A stretch of DNA of 64,000 nucleotides from Squalus acanthias (taxonomy: Eukaryota). Under the pieces are notes generated by a model. That model was given only the letters and a program-made list of their open reading frames with translations. It did not search any database and was not told the origin of the DNA. Below are positions 39,801 to 54,800 of this stretch, one piece after another. The first letter of the stretch is position 1. Every line of letters starts with the position of its first letter. A program made the translations under genes and the position numbers. The stretch is taken from positions 6,138,001 through 6,202,000 of the forward strand of contig CM059433.1 in the NCBI GenBank assembly GCA_030390025.1. The letters are read 5' to 3'.

Positions 39801-42800
39801 TAAAAAAAAAAAGCCCAAGGCTCTTCAGAGGCAGAAAAATGGACGCCATGCCGAAGAAGGCAATATTAGCAGGAGTGACCAAAAGATTGGTCAGAGAGGT
39901 GAGCTTTTAGTAGGGTTTTGAAGGAAGAGAGGGAGGATAGAAGGGTTTAGAGAAGGAATTAGAGTGTGAGGCCTAGGTGGCTGAAGGCATCACTGCCGAC
40001 GGTGGGATGAAAGGAGGGCGTAAGAGTCCACAAAATGAAGAGTTTGGGGGGGAGCGGGGGTTGTAGGGCTAGATGAGGTTACAAAGATTGGGATGGGCAA
40101 TGGCATAAAGGGATTTAAACACAAGGATGAGATTGTTAAACTTTAAGCATTGGGGGAGGCTGGGAGCCTATGTAAGTCAGCAAGAACAGCGCTGATAGGC
40201 AAGGGGGACTTGATGCGGGATAAGATATGGGCAGCAGAGCTTTGGACGAGTTGAAATTTACGGAGGGTGAAGGGTGTAAGGCCAACCAGGAGAGCATTAG
40301 GAATAGTTGCGTCTGGGGGTGACCAAGGTGTGAATGAGCTTTTCAGCAGCAGATGCGCTGAGGAAGGGGCGGAGGCGGGCAGTGTTGTGGAAGTAGGAGG
40401 TCTTTGTGATGGTGAGGATATGGTGTTAGAATCTTGGCTCGGGAACAAATAGGACACTGAGGTTGTAAACAGTATGGTTCAGCCCGAGACACTGGCCAGG
40501 AAGGGGGATTGAATCAGTGGCAAGAGTACGGAATTTATGGGTGATATTAGAGCAGCTTCTCTTTGAGAATGAATGTAGACTCCATTTCTAATACAAACTT
40601 TTTATCTTTGCAGGCACATACAAACCTCGGATTCGATGTTACGACACATACCAGTTATCAATGAAGTTTGAACGATGCCTAGATTCAGAAGGTTGGATAA
40701 ATAATTTTCTCTATCTTTTAATAATTTAACAATGCCAGTGTTTAAATAACATGTCTAATGAGTGACCTAAAGAAAATGTAATACATTTCAACTCTACTTT
40801 CAATCTACAGTATGCAACATTTAATTATAAGTTTGTAACACCCACCTAAAATTTGATTATTTTTTTCTTTTTGCAGCTATGTTCAAGGAAAATTGTTCTC
40901 CATTAATATAATTTTGTACAAAGAAATTGACTTGTATGATGAACTTTAAACAGCAACTACTTACATTTACATTGTGCCTTTACTGTGTAAAAAAAAAAAA
41001 AAAAAAAAAAATGTTTTAAGGTGCTTCACAACTTAATTAAGCAAAAATTGACACTGATACAAAGAAGGAGGTATTAGGAGGAGTGACTGAAAGCTTGGTC
41101 AAAGAGCTGGGATTTAGGAAGGGTCTTGGAGGGAGGCAGAGGGGTCTAGGGAGGGAATTCCAGAGCTTGGGGCATAGATGGCTGAAGGCACGGGCACCAA
41201 TGGTGGGGAAAAGGGATCTGGGATGCACAAGGTCAGAGTTGGAGGAACGCAGCGCTCTTGAAGGGTTGTAGGAATAGAGAAGGTTACAGAGATAGCAAGG
41301 GGCGAGGCCATGAGGGGATTTGAACATGAGGATACAAATTTTAAACTTGAGGCAGTGGGGGTTCTGGGAGACAATGTAGGTCAGCGAGCACAGAGGTGAT
41401 GGGTGAGTGGGACTTGGTACAGGATAGGATACAGGCAGCAGAGTTTTGGAGGAGCTGAAGGTTATGGAGGCTGGCGAGGAGGGCATTTGAATAATCGAGT
41501 CTAGAGGTAACAAAGGCATGGATGAGGGTTTCGGCAGCAAATGGGCTGAGGCAGGGGTAGAAACGTGCAATGTTAGAGGTGGAAGTAGGCTGTCTTTGTG
41601 ATGGAGAGGATATGGAATTAGAAACTTAGCTTGGGTTGTATAAGACGCCGAGGTTAACAGTCCAGGTTCAACCTGAGACGACTGGCTGAGGAAGAAGACA
41701 GAATCAATGGCAAGAGTATGGAGTTTGTAGTGGAGACAAAGACAGTGGCTTTAATGTTTAACTAGTGGAAATTGCAGCTCTTCAGGACTGGATGTCGGTC
41801 AAGCACACTGACATCACAAACGGTGGGAGGGATCGAGAGGTGGTGAAGAGGTAGAGCTGCATGTCATCTACATGCATGTGCAACCTGACCACATGTCTTT
41901 GTGTGATATCCTCAAGGGGCAACATATAGATAAGAAAGAGGAGGGGCCAAGAATAGACCTTGGGAGACTCGAGGTAACTAAGAAGCCATTGCTGGAGATG
42001 TTCTGACTGATTGGATTGGAGGAGTGGAACCATGCAAAAGCAGTCCTACTGAGCACGACAACTAAGGAGAGTCGCTGAAGGAGGGTGGTCAGGGAGGGAT
42101 GTTGCATCACAGTCACTGAGGAAGTCATTTGTGACTTTGATTAGGGGTGTTTCAGTTTTGTAGCAGGGTGGAAACCTGATTGAAGAGTTCAAACACGTAG
42201 TTGCAGGAAAGGTGGGCACGGATTTGGGAGGCAAAAACACGTTCAAGGAAATTAGAGAGGAAAAGGAGGTTGAAAGTAGTTTGCAAGGACAGCGGGCTTG
42301 AGGGTGTTTTTTTTTTAAGAGGAGCGTAATGACCACTGTTTTGAAATGTTGGGGGGACAGTACCTGAGGAGAGCGAACCATTTACAAAGCCAGCATGGAG
42401 GCCAGGAAGGGAAGTTGGGTGGTTAGCAGTTTAGTGGGAATGTGGTCGAGTAGCCATGAGGGGAGATGGGGGAGGACAAGTGGAAACCTTGGGGAAGATG
42501 TGATTTGGTATTGGGGCCACACTGCTACCATGACTATTTGGGCAGGGCAGCAGGTAGAAAGTATAGCCAGGTGGGAAGGCTTCAGTAAGGTGCAAGATGT
42601 TTCCACCTGTGAGACCAGTTTCTTTCAAATCCATGTTATTGGAGTCGTCCACAAGAACATCATGGGTGGCAAGGGCCTTGTTCATGTGTGAATGGACATT
42701 CTGGAGGGAAATGTCGAGAGAAAGGCGGTGATTGTTGATCCACTACCAGAGTCCAAGGGGCAGTGGTTGGTGGGGTGAGTGAGACGGGAAGGAGGTTGCC

Positions 42801-45800
42801 ACGGTTAGCCCCTAGATACCTTTAAAGAACCATATTTAGAGCTGAGTGATTTGTAAAATGTCAGCGAACATAACCTTATGTCAAATTGTTTTTAACTTTT
42901 ATGTTACTTTGGATTAAGGCTATGTAGTGGTTGGAACCCTGGCACCTCAACATGGGTGTCTGAGATTGGAGAATAAGTGGATTATGCCTGCGCTCTTACA
43001 GTATTGGCTACATTGCTTTTTTGGGGGGTATCAAATGGTAACCAGGCAATTTTCCAACTTGGATGGGGAGAAAAAATTGGCAGCAATCTTTTGAGATGGC
43101 TCTCATTTATATTGATTTTGAAATGAATAAAACTTCCAGCAGATATTTTGTTTCAAGATCAGATTTCGGGTTTGATTGAACTAGTTAAAAAATGTATTGG
43201 CGTAATGAACTTTGATGTGTGTTTCCAAACAAGGCGGCCTGTTGAGCAGTAAGACTTGCTTAGAATTAAGAACATGAGATGATAAAATAAAATATTAACA
43301 ATTTTAGGAATTGTGAAATTGCAGCAAACTTTTGAGTGCCAGGAAGCATAAATTTCAGCGTTAAATTTGAATTTTGTTTACTTATATTTTGTGTTTCAGT
43401 TTGTAGTAGAATATTGATATAGTGAAAGTAAACATAACGTGGTAATTATCAATCGGTTTTCTTTTGCAGTTGTAACATTTGAGATTTTGTCAGATGATTA
43501 TTCAAAGGTATGTACCTCCTGCTGTATTTTACTAATGTACAGTTTGTATTTTAAATGATTAGAAGACTTGCATTTATATAGTGCCTTAATGTGTCTCTGC
43601 GAAACTGCTCCCAGCACTTCAAACAAATTGCAAGTAATTATGCTTCTGTTCTCATTTTAATAGTTGCTTTTCTGCTTTTGTAGATAGTCTTTTTGCAGTG
43701 TGACCGTTACGTAGAGTTTCATTCACAGCATGGTCGCTATTATAGGACACGAATCCCCAAGTTTGGTAGAGATTTTTCCTACCATTATCCATCATGTGAT
43801 CTCTATTTTGTAGGAGCAAGGTATGCAAACAGGATTTTAAAAAATATATATTTTCCTTTTCAGTTATGAGCCCGATAGTTAATGTTAAGTAGCAATGGAT
43901 AATGTGGGGCATTTACATAAAACGTACACAATATTTTGGTGACTTTTAACAAGTAAGTCCTCACAATTGTCTTTGAAATGTGTTCTTAACACTATAGGCT
44001 GTGAAACTAAGTAGACCTATATTTCTGAATTTTATAGTTTCTTTCTGTTTTAATGGGACACTTTTTTTGTTTTGAATTGCTAAATATGTGGCGCGGTGCT
44101 ATTATTGATAGTCAAACAAAGTGATTTGTATTTAATTCTCTTGAACTCTCTTACCCCACCACCCTATTGGTGTGGGCATCAGATTTCACACTGCTGTAAA
44201 AGGGGAGATTGACTATCTTCCATTGGGAATTATTTATAACCTTGCCAATGGGCTTAGACCATGGCTTTATCAGTGCTTGTAATACCACTTTGATCTTGGA
44301 GATCCACATCTGTCCTTATTTTACAAAAGAAAAGCAGTGAGAAATGCATTTTGCTTTATCTATGCACTTTGGGTAGAGTAGAGGAATGCCTAACTAGAGC
44401 CATTGGTAGATGTTTTGGGCATTCCAGCGACAGTGACTGCAGAAAATTTAGCATTTATAAGTGTGACAATTCACTTTACACGGTTGACCATTTTCTAAAA
44501 TTGTACAGTTGTCTTCTTGACCGAATAATAATGAATCATGACTGAAAATTTTGTAATAATTGGGAGTGAAAAATGACTAAACTTCATAAACTAGATGGCT
44601 GGGGGAGGCCGGGGCGGGGGGGTGGGATGGATAGAAAAATAAGCACCTCTGCAACACCAAGATGCCATCATAAGCACTTCCAGACTGCAGGGAAAATGCT
44701 GTTGACCGTGATAAACTAAAGACTAATGAAAATAAAAACCTTTACTGACTTCACTTTTTCTTTTAAATGCTGTTTTGCTTCAACTTTTTTTGTTCCTCTG
44801 CAGTTCTGAAGTCTACAGATTGAACTTGGAGCAGGGACGATTCCTAAATTCCCTACAGACAGATGCTTCGTAAGTATCTTAACTTGCATTGTTCTCACTC
44901 TTTAATATAATAAAATGTCCCACAGCATTTCAGAGCCAAAAGTAACTGGACACCGAGCAGTAGTGTGAGAAAGGTTTGGGTCAATGACTGAAGGCATGGT
45001 CAAGAGAGGTGGACTTTGAGGGAGGGGAGTAAGTTTAAGGAGAGCGTACCAGGGTACAGGTCAAGGTGGCTGAAAGCTCTCCTGTTGAAGCTGGAGCGGA
45101 GGTGAGGTACAAAATAGATCAGAGTTGGATGAGCAAGGGCACACACAGAGGTTACGGAGGTAGGGCGGGGTGAGGCCTTGGAGGGACTCTTAGATGACAA
45201 GCATTTTGAAATCGATGCGTTGAGTGGTGAAGTTTTGGATGCGTTGCACTTTGTGGAGGCCAGCGAGGCCAACATGTGGGTATGAGTTATAGTAGAGATG
45301 GAGATGATACAGACATGGAAATAAGCAGTGGTGGCTAGGACGTTCAGTTCGAAATTCAGCTCACTCACAGGACACTGAGGTTGTGTACTTCTCTCACTGA
45401 ACCATGGAACATTGTGTCAGGTGGCATATTATGCAAGTAAACAAGTCTGCCACTGGGGGGCGCTATTGCCTTGCTATAATGCACGTTGCTTTAACCAACG
45501 GAACCTGTATAACAGATGTAGTCTAAGGCAGGAGAGGAATGTTGATTGTGGAATTGTTAAGTCACCATCGTTTTTGTTAATTATTTTAAACATCGCAAAG
45601 GCATAGGAGCGTGATGGGCTGAATGGCCTTTTCTTGTTCTGTTTGTGTTCTTAAGGTTTGTACACGACCTGGAAAGAACAAACTAGCATTTCCCCCAACA
45701 GAAATGGGGAATCATCAGAAGGTAAAAAGGAAACCATGTATGATTTCTAATGCATCCATAAAGAAAGGTTGCTCAGTTTAAGCTTAGGTTAGGAGAGAAG

Positions 45801-48800
45801 CAGGACTTTGGAGTTGAAATTCAAAAATAAAACAGACAAACTTTCAACAAAGAAATTCAAATTAGTCATGGCCCGAGTTTAATTTGAGGAACACTATAGC
45901 ATTTGATTTCTTTTGTATATTATACCTATTTTAATATGAATTTGATTACAATGTGTGTGTTATCGCAAGATGTCATACAAAATGCTATCTTAAATATACA
46001 TTTTAATGTTAACTATTTATTTATATTCTCAGGCAGAACAATGTTTGTGATATTAACCCGACACACTACCTGTTTGCTACTGGGACAACTGAGGTAATAC
46101 AAAACACTGGTTTTCTTGTCAGAATATAGTAAGATACCTAATACCACGTACAATGGGTATACTTCGAATGGTAGAATGGTGCAGCACAGAAGGAGGCCAT
46201 GCGGCCCATCATGCCTGTGCCAGAAAGAGCTCTCCAATTAGTCCCACTCCCCCTGCTCTTTCTCCAGAGCCCTGCAATTCCTTTTCCCCTTCAAGTATTT
46301 ATCCAATTCCTTTTCGAAAGTTATTATTGAATCTGCTTCCACCACCCTTTCAAGCAGTGCATTCCAGATCATCACAACTTTTTTTTAAATCCTCATGTCG
46401 CCTTTGATTCTTTCCCACATTACAACAGTGACTCCACTTCAATAGTACTTCATTGGCTGTAAAGCGCTTGCTTTCTTCTTTTTGAGGCCTTCACATTTTT
46501 CCCGAAGTGTGGTGCCCAGAATTGGCCACCGTACTGCAGCTGCGGCCTAACCAGTGTGTTATAAATATCTATATATGCTCTGGCGATTCTGTATCCAATT
46601 TACTTCACCTGAGGAAGGAGCGATAGCTCCGAAAGCTTGTGATTTCAAATAAAACTGTTGGACTATAACCTGGTGTTGTGCGACCTCTCAATTTTGTCCA
46701 CCCCAGTCCAACACCGGCATCTCCGCATCATTATAAATATCTAGCATAACTTCCTTGCTTTTGTACTCTAATTATAAAGCCAAGGATCTCATGTCTTTTT
46801 AGCAGCCTTCTCAACTTGTCCTGCCACCTTCAAAGATTTGTGTACTTGCCACTGATGTAATAGTAAAGAAATTGTGACTATGTATGATTATATTCGGACA
46901 AGCGCCTTAGTCAAATAACTTGTCAGCGCTCACTTTCTGGACTGGCAGTGCCCGTGGAGTAGTACTCCAGGATGAGCCATTGCTTTTTGAGGAGATGGGG
47001 TATTCAATCTTCATCAACTTTGATCAGAAATTCATAAAATATTGCTGATTAGTTTTGTGGATTTTGGATGCCCGTGGCAGTTTTGAACTGCTCATGTTTA
47101 TGACCATTCTGGCGAGCACATATTAGATTAAAAATATTCAGTTAAGAGCATTGTTACACTCAAATTCTTTATAGTCATAGCAGCACAGTTTAGGTGTTGA
47201 AGTGAGATTAATTGGGTGATAAAGTTGCAGCTAGTAATTATTTATTTAGATTTTTTTAAATGTTGAATAAATGTGTTTTACCTCTTAAAATATTTTTTGT
47301 CCATTTTAGGGTAAAGTAGAATGTTGGGATCCACGAACAAGAAATCGAGTAGGAATTCTTGACTGTGCCTTGAGCAGTGTGACAAATGATACAGAGTAAG
47401 CAATATAGTGTAAATGCATCTATAATATATTAAAAACATTGAGTGATTTCAAGATACCAAAGACACATGTAGGTGGCACTGTGAACGTAAATGTGAATAA
47501 TTGAGTTTAATGGGGGCGACATAAAAATTCCCAATGTAACCTGTTCGCAGAAAAATCAGATTTCTGGCTGCCCCAGGTCAAAGCAAGTTTTTAAAAAAAA
47601 ATTAAGTATTGAAACCGAAAAATGATGGAAAAACACTTGCCGACTCAAATCATTGAAGCGAAGCTTGGGGAACAGCTTCTCAGCAGTTCAACTTCAGTCT
47701 GCTAGTCAGCTGAAAAATAAGCACACATCAGAAGTCATGAAACTGAAAGGGAAACAAACATACAGGAAAAGAATAATTTCACTAGTAATAGCCTAAGTAA
47801 AGTGAAATAATTCAAATTGGAACTTGTTCCCTCCTCATCCTCTAATCTCCCCTTCGCCATCTACCTCTCCCATCCCTTCCCTGATTCTCCTCCTCCCCCC
47901 CGCCCTTTATCTTTGCCCACTGGGTCCAGTTAGCCCACCATTTTCTAACCGCCTTGACCTGAATACTATACTTAGTCTTGACTCTCTGTGTGGCACACTA
48001 TGGGAGTTTTATCAGTATTGATTAGATTTAGTGCTGCAATCTGATAACCCGTGCCTCTGACTTTATTTTTGTCTGATTTTTATTTTTTTCCTCCGTGTAG
48101 GGATCCTCCACTAATTCATCCCAATAATAATGTCAGTGATTGAGAAATCATGATTGCAGACCCAAGCCCATATAATGCTCTACCTCGGACTCTTCAATTG
48201 GAGCTAGTTGTTTTCTGTGTGTGGAGCCTGGACGATTAATCTAGACCGAGCCATTTTCACTGTTGGTTAGAAATGACTGAAAATTAACAAAATAAATATC
48301 GCCTCAAGAAATAACTTTATTTCATGTTCTCTGAACATCTCCTAGCATTTTGCAGCCAATTAATTACTTTTGAAGTGTAGCCGCTGTTGGTTTGTAGGCA
48401 AATGTGGCAGCTAATTTACAAACTGCAGTGTGTTTCACAAGCAGCAAAATGGAGAACCTATCATTGCACAAGTAACTTTCATTTCTTTTTGCATATAAAC
48501 TGCCCTGAGGAACGACAGTCAACCACTTCCTGCAGTATGTATCTCTACACCTCGAGTGATCGAGCAAGTAGAAACTCAGATATTTGCTCTGGTCTAGTTC
48601 GGCTTTTGTTGCTTTAAAGGGCTGGGTAATGTTAACAGAGGTCCACCTTGGCAAACAGCTTTTATCAAGGCAGTTCCTTTGCTCCTGTAGGAAAGGGCCC
48701 TCAAGACTCTTGTTTTATGTTATACTTTATGTATTATATGGTATAATGCGCCTCTCATTATGAAACAGCATATCCTCCCAACACAATCCGAGATCTTGCT

Positions 48801-51800
48801 AATATAGTCAGTGAAAGCTATTTGGCACATGGTTTTTTCCCTTTTTTTAGATAGCAGTTCCAGAATTGTAGATTAGCTCAGGTCAGTCACTAAGTTCCAA
48901 ACTTGGAGCTAGCCCACTGAGTTTGCAGTTGATAATGAAAATGCTAGAGTAAAAGTTGCTACTAGGACTCTCAATCACCTGCTAGTAATATGATTTGATT
49001 TACCAGCCCTAAAAACTTCAGACTAGGTGAACATTCTTCTTTGTTTGCTGAGTTTCAATCCAACCAGACTGCTTAGGCCAATCTAGTATTTTGAAAGTAC
49101 AGTCCTGTTCAGTCTGGTTTATAGCTCACTAGGAGTACACTGCTGCAGTGCCTTGTAGCAGTGGGAGGATAACTCCATGTTTTTTTTCTGTTCCTTTTAT
49201 ATTGAGTTCACAATATAAACTGTGTTGCTTCTCCACAAGGAGGGGGAAACAGGAATTATCCTCAAATAAGTGTCCAAACTACGACCCATGAGCCATGTGC
49301 AAGTCCTGGCAATCTCACCCATGATGTACAAGCAGCTCAGTTCTACTTCCATTTTTATTTCCTACTCACTGGTTTGTCCTATTTGAATGTTGGGGGTGGG
49401 TTTGGTAAAGGCTATTGTTGATGCTGTTGCCCCAATGTGGATAAATCCTAAATCGGAACACCAAAATTTGTTGGAACATTGATTCTAAACTTTGAGGCCC
49501 CTCAGGCTCCATGGTATGCACCTAAGCACCTCCATGAAGAATAAAAGTTTGAGCATTTGTTTCCTATCCTAGACTGTTATTGAGCACCTGCCATCTGCTA
49601 AAGAGGTTTAGAGCAGCATTGGCAGGATGAGGAGGTCTGGATCACCTGTTCTCTGTCTGGAGAAATCTGGCAGACAAAAAGGGAATTAACCCAGCTTTTA
49701 AAAGTAATAGTGCATAATAATATCCTTATTGCACTTTAATTTTATTTTTTTAATTACAGAATTGATGGTTTGCCTTCTATTTCTGCTTTGAAGTTTAAAG
49801 GAGCATTACATATGGTTGTTGGCACCACAACAGGCCAGGTGAGTATCATGTTTTCCAGAATATGTCTGATCTGTTGAGTTTACTCATTTAGACTTTCTTT
49901 AATTTAAAAAAAAAGTATTGTCTTGTTGTCCTTGTCATGATGCAACGTGTGAAATTCATAATCTTGCAATTTCATTCAGAAAGATCAATTCTTCTCTTTA
50001 TAAATTGCTTTTTTAAATTGAAATGACTTCAATGTGAAATTTTTTTTCTCTCCCTTTTGTATGAATTTTATTACAAAAGTTTCTACAGCATCTGACCTCA
50101 TGAAATGGAAACTCCATGCCAACATGAAAAGAGGTGTGCTACATTGACACATGTAGGCTGAGTGGAACCAGTGATTTGTTTTAGAAATCTACTTGGGCTG
50201 GACTTGTACTGCAAACTTTGGGAAATTGAATCAGTCCAGGGGTCTCATTCCTCAATAATTTAGCACCCTCAGTAGTCTCCTGAGTTACACTGCCATTTTT
50301 GCACTGAATTTAAAACCACTTTGCATCAGTGCAAAAGTGGCAGAATGAATGCAGCCCTAATATGCTGCTGATTAGCAAATAATTAAGACCAAGACAAATT
50401 TACAAAATAATTGAAGCTCCCACTCTGTTGTCATGGTCATATTACCAATATACCACACCATCTGATGTAATTGCTCTTGATGATGTTTACCTCGCTGAGT
50501 CGTCATTAAAAATAATCTAAAAAGCAAGAAATTAATTATAATTTGCTTGTGAACTTAATGATTTTCATCCTATTATTAAGCCATGCCTGCTCTACTTCAC
50601 TAAAATGTTTCTCAATCAGCAGAGCAGCAAATATTCAAGCTGCCAATTACAGCTATGGACAGTTTGCCTAACAACACCATGTTTCTCTTCCGCTGTACGA
50701 AAGCTAGCTTTGTCTTGAATCCTGTTCCAGTAATACTGGGTGCCTAAAGTGTCATAAACTTTCAAGTATAAAACACACTCCTCATGGATACTAAACTACA
50801 AAGGTTGTGACCTAAAATTGGGAGCGCGATTATATTATGCTCAAGATTTATGGTACATTTCTTGTGCAACACATAAATGGATTTTATTATTCTTTGACCT
50901 AGCTACTTTAAGGCGTTGCTTCCTTTGCCCAGCTACAGCCATAAAAAAAAAGTTGTATTTGGGTGTTGGCACACGAGAGAGAGAGAGAGAGAACTGCAAT
51001 CAATTTTGGCAATCAATAAAATAATTGATTTGTAAAAGCTTTGACTGCATTCTCCAGATCTTTTTCTCACAACCTCAAACTTGGTATTTGATGAAAATAG
51101 CTGCTGTTGAGATGAAGGCAGAATTCAACCAAATATGGAACCCCAGCAAAACTGAGGTCCATGGGGGTTGAAGGGAAACATCTTCATTGGTTGGAGTCAT
51201 ACCTAACACAAAGAAAGATGGTTGGTTGTCAGAGGCTAGTCATCACAGCCCCAGGACATTACTGCAGGAGTTCCTCGATGAAGTGTCCTCAGCCCCACCA
51301 TCTTCAGCTGCTTCATCAATGACCTTCCCTCTGTCATAAGGTCAGGAGAGTGGCTGTTCTCTTTCTATCCTTGACGTTCGATGGCGCTACCATTGCCGAG
51401 TCCTTGCCATCAATATGTTGGGAGGGGTTGTTGGGTTATCATTGACTTATCACCATTGTGGGAGCACCATCACCACAAGGAAGAGGTCCACCATCGCGTT
51501 CCTAAAGTAACTTAGGATGGGCAATAAATGTAGCCTTGCCAGCTTCACTCCCATCCCTAGGATAACTTAAAAAAAAAAAAAAATTTTTATTAGCATTTGC
51601 AAAGCGTTCAGAATATTTCTCTCTTTATGAACGTGACCTTTGTTTGCATATTGTAAAGTCGACAGTAATGCAATTCAGTTAATCATTTACCAACTCTAAT
51701 CAAAATTCAAGTGTTCTTTTGATATTCAATACAAGGTTTTGTTATATGATCTTCGTTCAAGCCGTCCACTGATTGTCAAGGACCATCATTATGGACTACC

Positions 51801-54800
51801 AATTCAATCCATTGAATTCCAGGAACAGTTGGATTTGGTCATTTCAGCAGATTCCAGGATTGTAAAAATGTGGAATCAGAATACGGTAGGTTATTAATAT
51901 TTTGAATATAAATGAGGTGGTCGTGTTGACTCCAGTGAGACAGAAACCCACCTCGTTGTGACTGAGCACTCAGTCCACCTGTACAGACCAGCAATGCATT
52001 TTAGTTGTATTGCCTGTGCAGATCTTCTCCCGGTATCAGTCGTCTGTGGCCAGAAACTTAGTTGCAGTTTTGACTTTCAGTAACTCCACTTGTGCAGCTT
52101 GTGTTGTCACAGATGCTCTGAATTCAGTTGCTATAAGACAAGCAGCTTCTCAATTTAAACACATTGGTTGCAAAACATGCATCACTTCAAATTAGTCTGT
52201 TTGCTGATTGATGCTAGCTAGAAACTTTAATCTTATTTTTCTTCCTTCCAAGTGTTTATCTAATTCCTTTGTTGGTTCAGTGATTCACTACTTTTATATG
52301 CTACTTACGGGCAATGTACTTGCCTACACCCCCGTCGCCTCTTTGCCAAAGTCCCTTACACGTGGAGCTTGTGACATGCCAGCTTGGAATGTGGCATTGG
52401 ATTTGGACATTTAGAACATGATGTTGTCTAGCATGTTGCAAGCTTTCCTGTGTAGGCCGTTCCACAATGCTGAATACAGATGTATGTCTGGTGAGGAAAC
52501 TCCAGACTTTGGACAACAGTTACTGGAGGGCATTACCAGCAGTGTCTCCCAAACATAACTACAGCGTAAATAAACTGGCAGTGTGATTATACCAGGATTT
52601 TCATCTGCTGATGGGGCAATTTCCCAAAGCTTCAGATCTCCAACAATCTGGTGACTTTGCTGTGGAACTGTGTTTGATCGTCTCCAATAGGTGTGGCCCT
52701 TCTAATATTTCTGGCGGCAATGTAGCAGTGAGTTGAGAATAAAAGGGGATCAAGATAAACATGGAAAAAACGAAGTGGGGTAGTAGAAGAAAGATGAGAT
52801 GATACCAAGATGTACAAATATTTTAGTGACCAGAAATTCATTTCTTTTTAGGGGAAAATATTCACCTCCATTGAATCGGAGCATGAAATCAATGACCTTT
52901 GCCTGTATCCTAACTCTGGTAAGTGCAACATCACTTTGCACATGAAAATGCTGCTACATGTACATTTTACAAGGTGCATTTTGTCAGTCCGATGTCTCCT
53001 GGAAAAATACACTTAGGGGGAAAAATTCAGTTGGTTAGCGCCTGGCAGGGATGCTAATGGGGCACTGATGCAGTAGCGCTGGGGCGAGGCGAATCCAGCA
53101 AAGCACGCCAACTGACCCGCCTGCCCCCGTAGCACCGCCGCTATGAGTTACCGCCAGGGACCTCCGTGCCAAGCAGATCGTGATATCAGTGAGCGTACAG
53201 CACTCAGGGCACCCGATCTGCAAAATTTATTGTCTCCCCCCCCCCCGGCCTTAGCGCCTCGCCGTGACGGAGAGGAGGTGTCAAGCAGGCGCATACCAGC
53301 TCCAGGGGCGCTACTTATAGGGATCATGAGTAATGAGTCGCAGCTGTCCTGTTAGTGCAGTTTCACTGCTTATCAGTTTGACATTGTGCAACAGTTTAAT
53401 TCAGTCATTTTTAAAAGTTGTTTAGTATCAGGAGTGTTGTGGCTACGAACAATTAGTTACATTTATTCTCACAACATATCCAAATGCTACACTTGGTTAC
53501 ATTAATGGGGGCTGTACTGGCAGTCGACCTCTCCCTCCAGGATCTATGGCGGAGGCAGCGAGAAAGATTGGAACATGTAGCCAGAGGGAGGTGAAGGGCC
53601 ATGAGGGCTCTCACAGGGTATTCCAAGAGCACTTCTACCTCCAATTAAGTGAGGAGCACTGTATTAGAAGGCTCCGCTTCAGCAAGGAGGTGGTCACATA
53701 ACTCTACCACCTCCTGCAACCAGACCTCGAGTCTCCGATGAGGGCGACCATGGCTCTCAGTGGCAGTCAAGGTCACCGTGGAGCTCAATTTCTTCGCCAG
53801 AGGATCCTTCCAGTTTGCAACAGGAGATAAAGCTAACAGCTCGCAGTTCACCGTCCATCATTGCATCCAGGAGTTCACAGATGCTCTCTACAGTAGGAGA
53901 AGAGACTACATTTCCTTCCCACATCACCAGAGAGAAGCAGGATGAGCGTGCATGTGGCTTTGCCAGGATAGGGGGCTTCCCCATGGTGCAGGGCGCCATT
54001 GACTGCACCCACGTGGCTTTGCGGGCACTGCATAACAATCCTAAGATCTTCCAAAAACGCAAAGGCTACCACTCACTTAATGTGCAGTTGGTGTGTGACC
54101 ACAGACAGCGAATCCTCAATGTGCATGCCCACAATCCTGGCCGCAGCCACGATGCCGTCATCCTGCGCCAACACTCTTCCAGCCACCACGTCAAGCTCGT
54201 GGCTGGCTGGTCGGAGACGAGGGTTATCCGCTCTCCTCCTTCTTAGGCAGTTCCTCGGAACCGAGGATGACTTGCTTCCACATTAAAAATGAGTTCTCGG
54301 GTGACTGAGTCCAATGCGGGACCTACAGTCTCTGTCACAGGTGGGGCAGACAGTGGTTTGAAGGGACGGGTGGGTGGGGTGCTTGAGTTTACGTGCGCTG
54401 CTTGCACTTGGCTTCCGTACACTAAACATCCGTAAGACAAAGGTCCTCTACCAACCTGCCCCCGCCACACAGTACTGCCTCCCGATTATCAAAATCCACG
54501 ACAAGGCCTTGGACAACGTGGACCACTTTCCATACCGCGGGAGCCTACTGTCAACAAGGGCAGACGTCAATGACTAAGTCCAACACCGCCTTCAGTGTGC
54601 CAGTGCAGCCTTTGGTCGCCTGAGGAAGAGAGTGTTTGAAGATTAGAACCTCAAACCCGGCACCAAGCTCATGGTCTACAGTAATACCCGCCCTTCTGTA
54701 TGCCTCAGACATGAACCATGTACAGCAGGCACCTCAAAGCACTGGAGAGGTACCACCAACGCTGCCTCCGCAAGATCCTGCAAATTCATTGGCAGGATAG

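Larger units (their letters stand above)
46165..46850 (-). mobile_element. Fragmented CR1 3' end hosting a DeuSINE scrap and a Penelope-like insertion
   Basis: CR1 tail at ~46170; reverse complement of LVRPQLQYGGQFWAPH at ~46505-46555. Confidence 0.75.

Noticed and set aside
51722..51735. AAG acceptors at NOL10 exon 11 and ATP6V1C2 17274 as possible U12 or unusual introns
   Set aside because: The upstream donors are ordinary U2-type (GTGAGT, GTAAAA); AAG is an uncommon but normal acceptor
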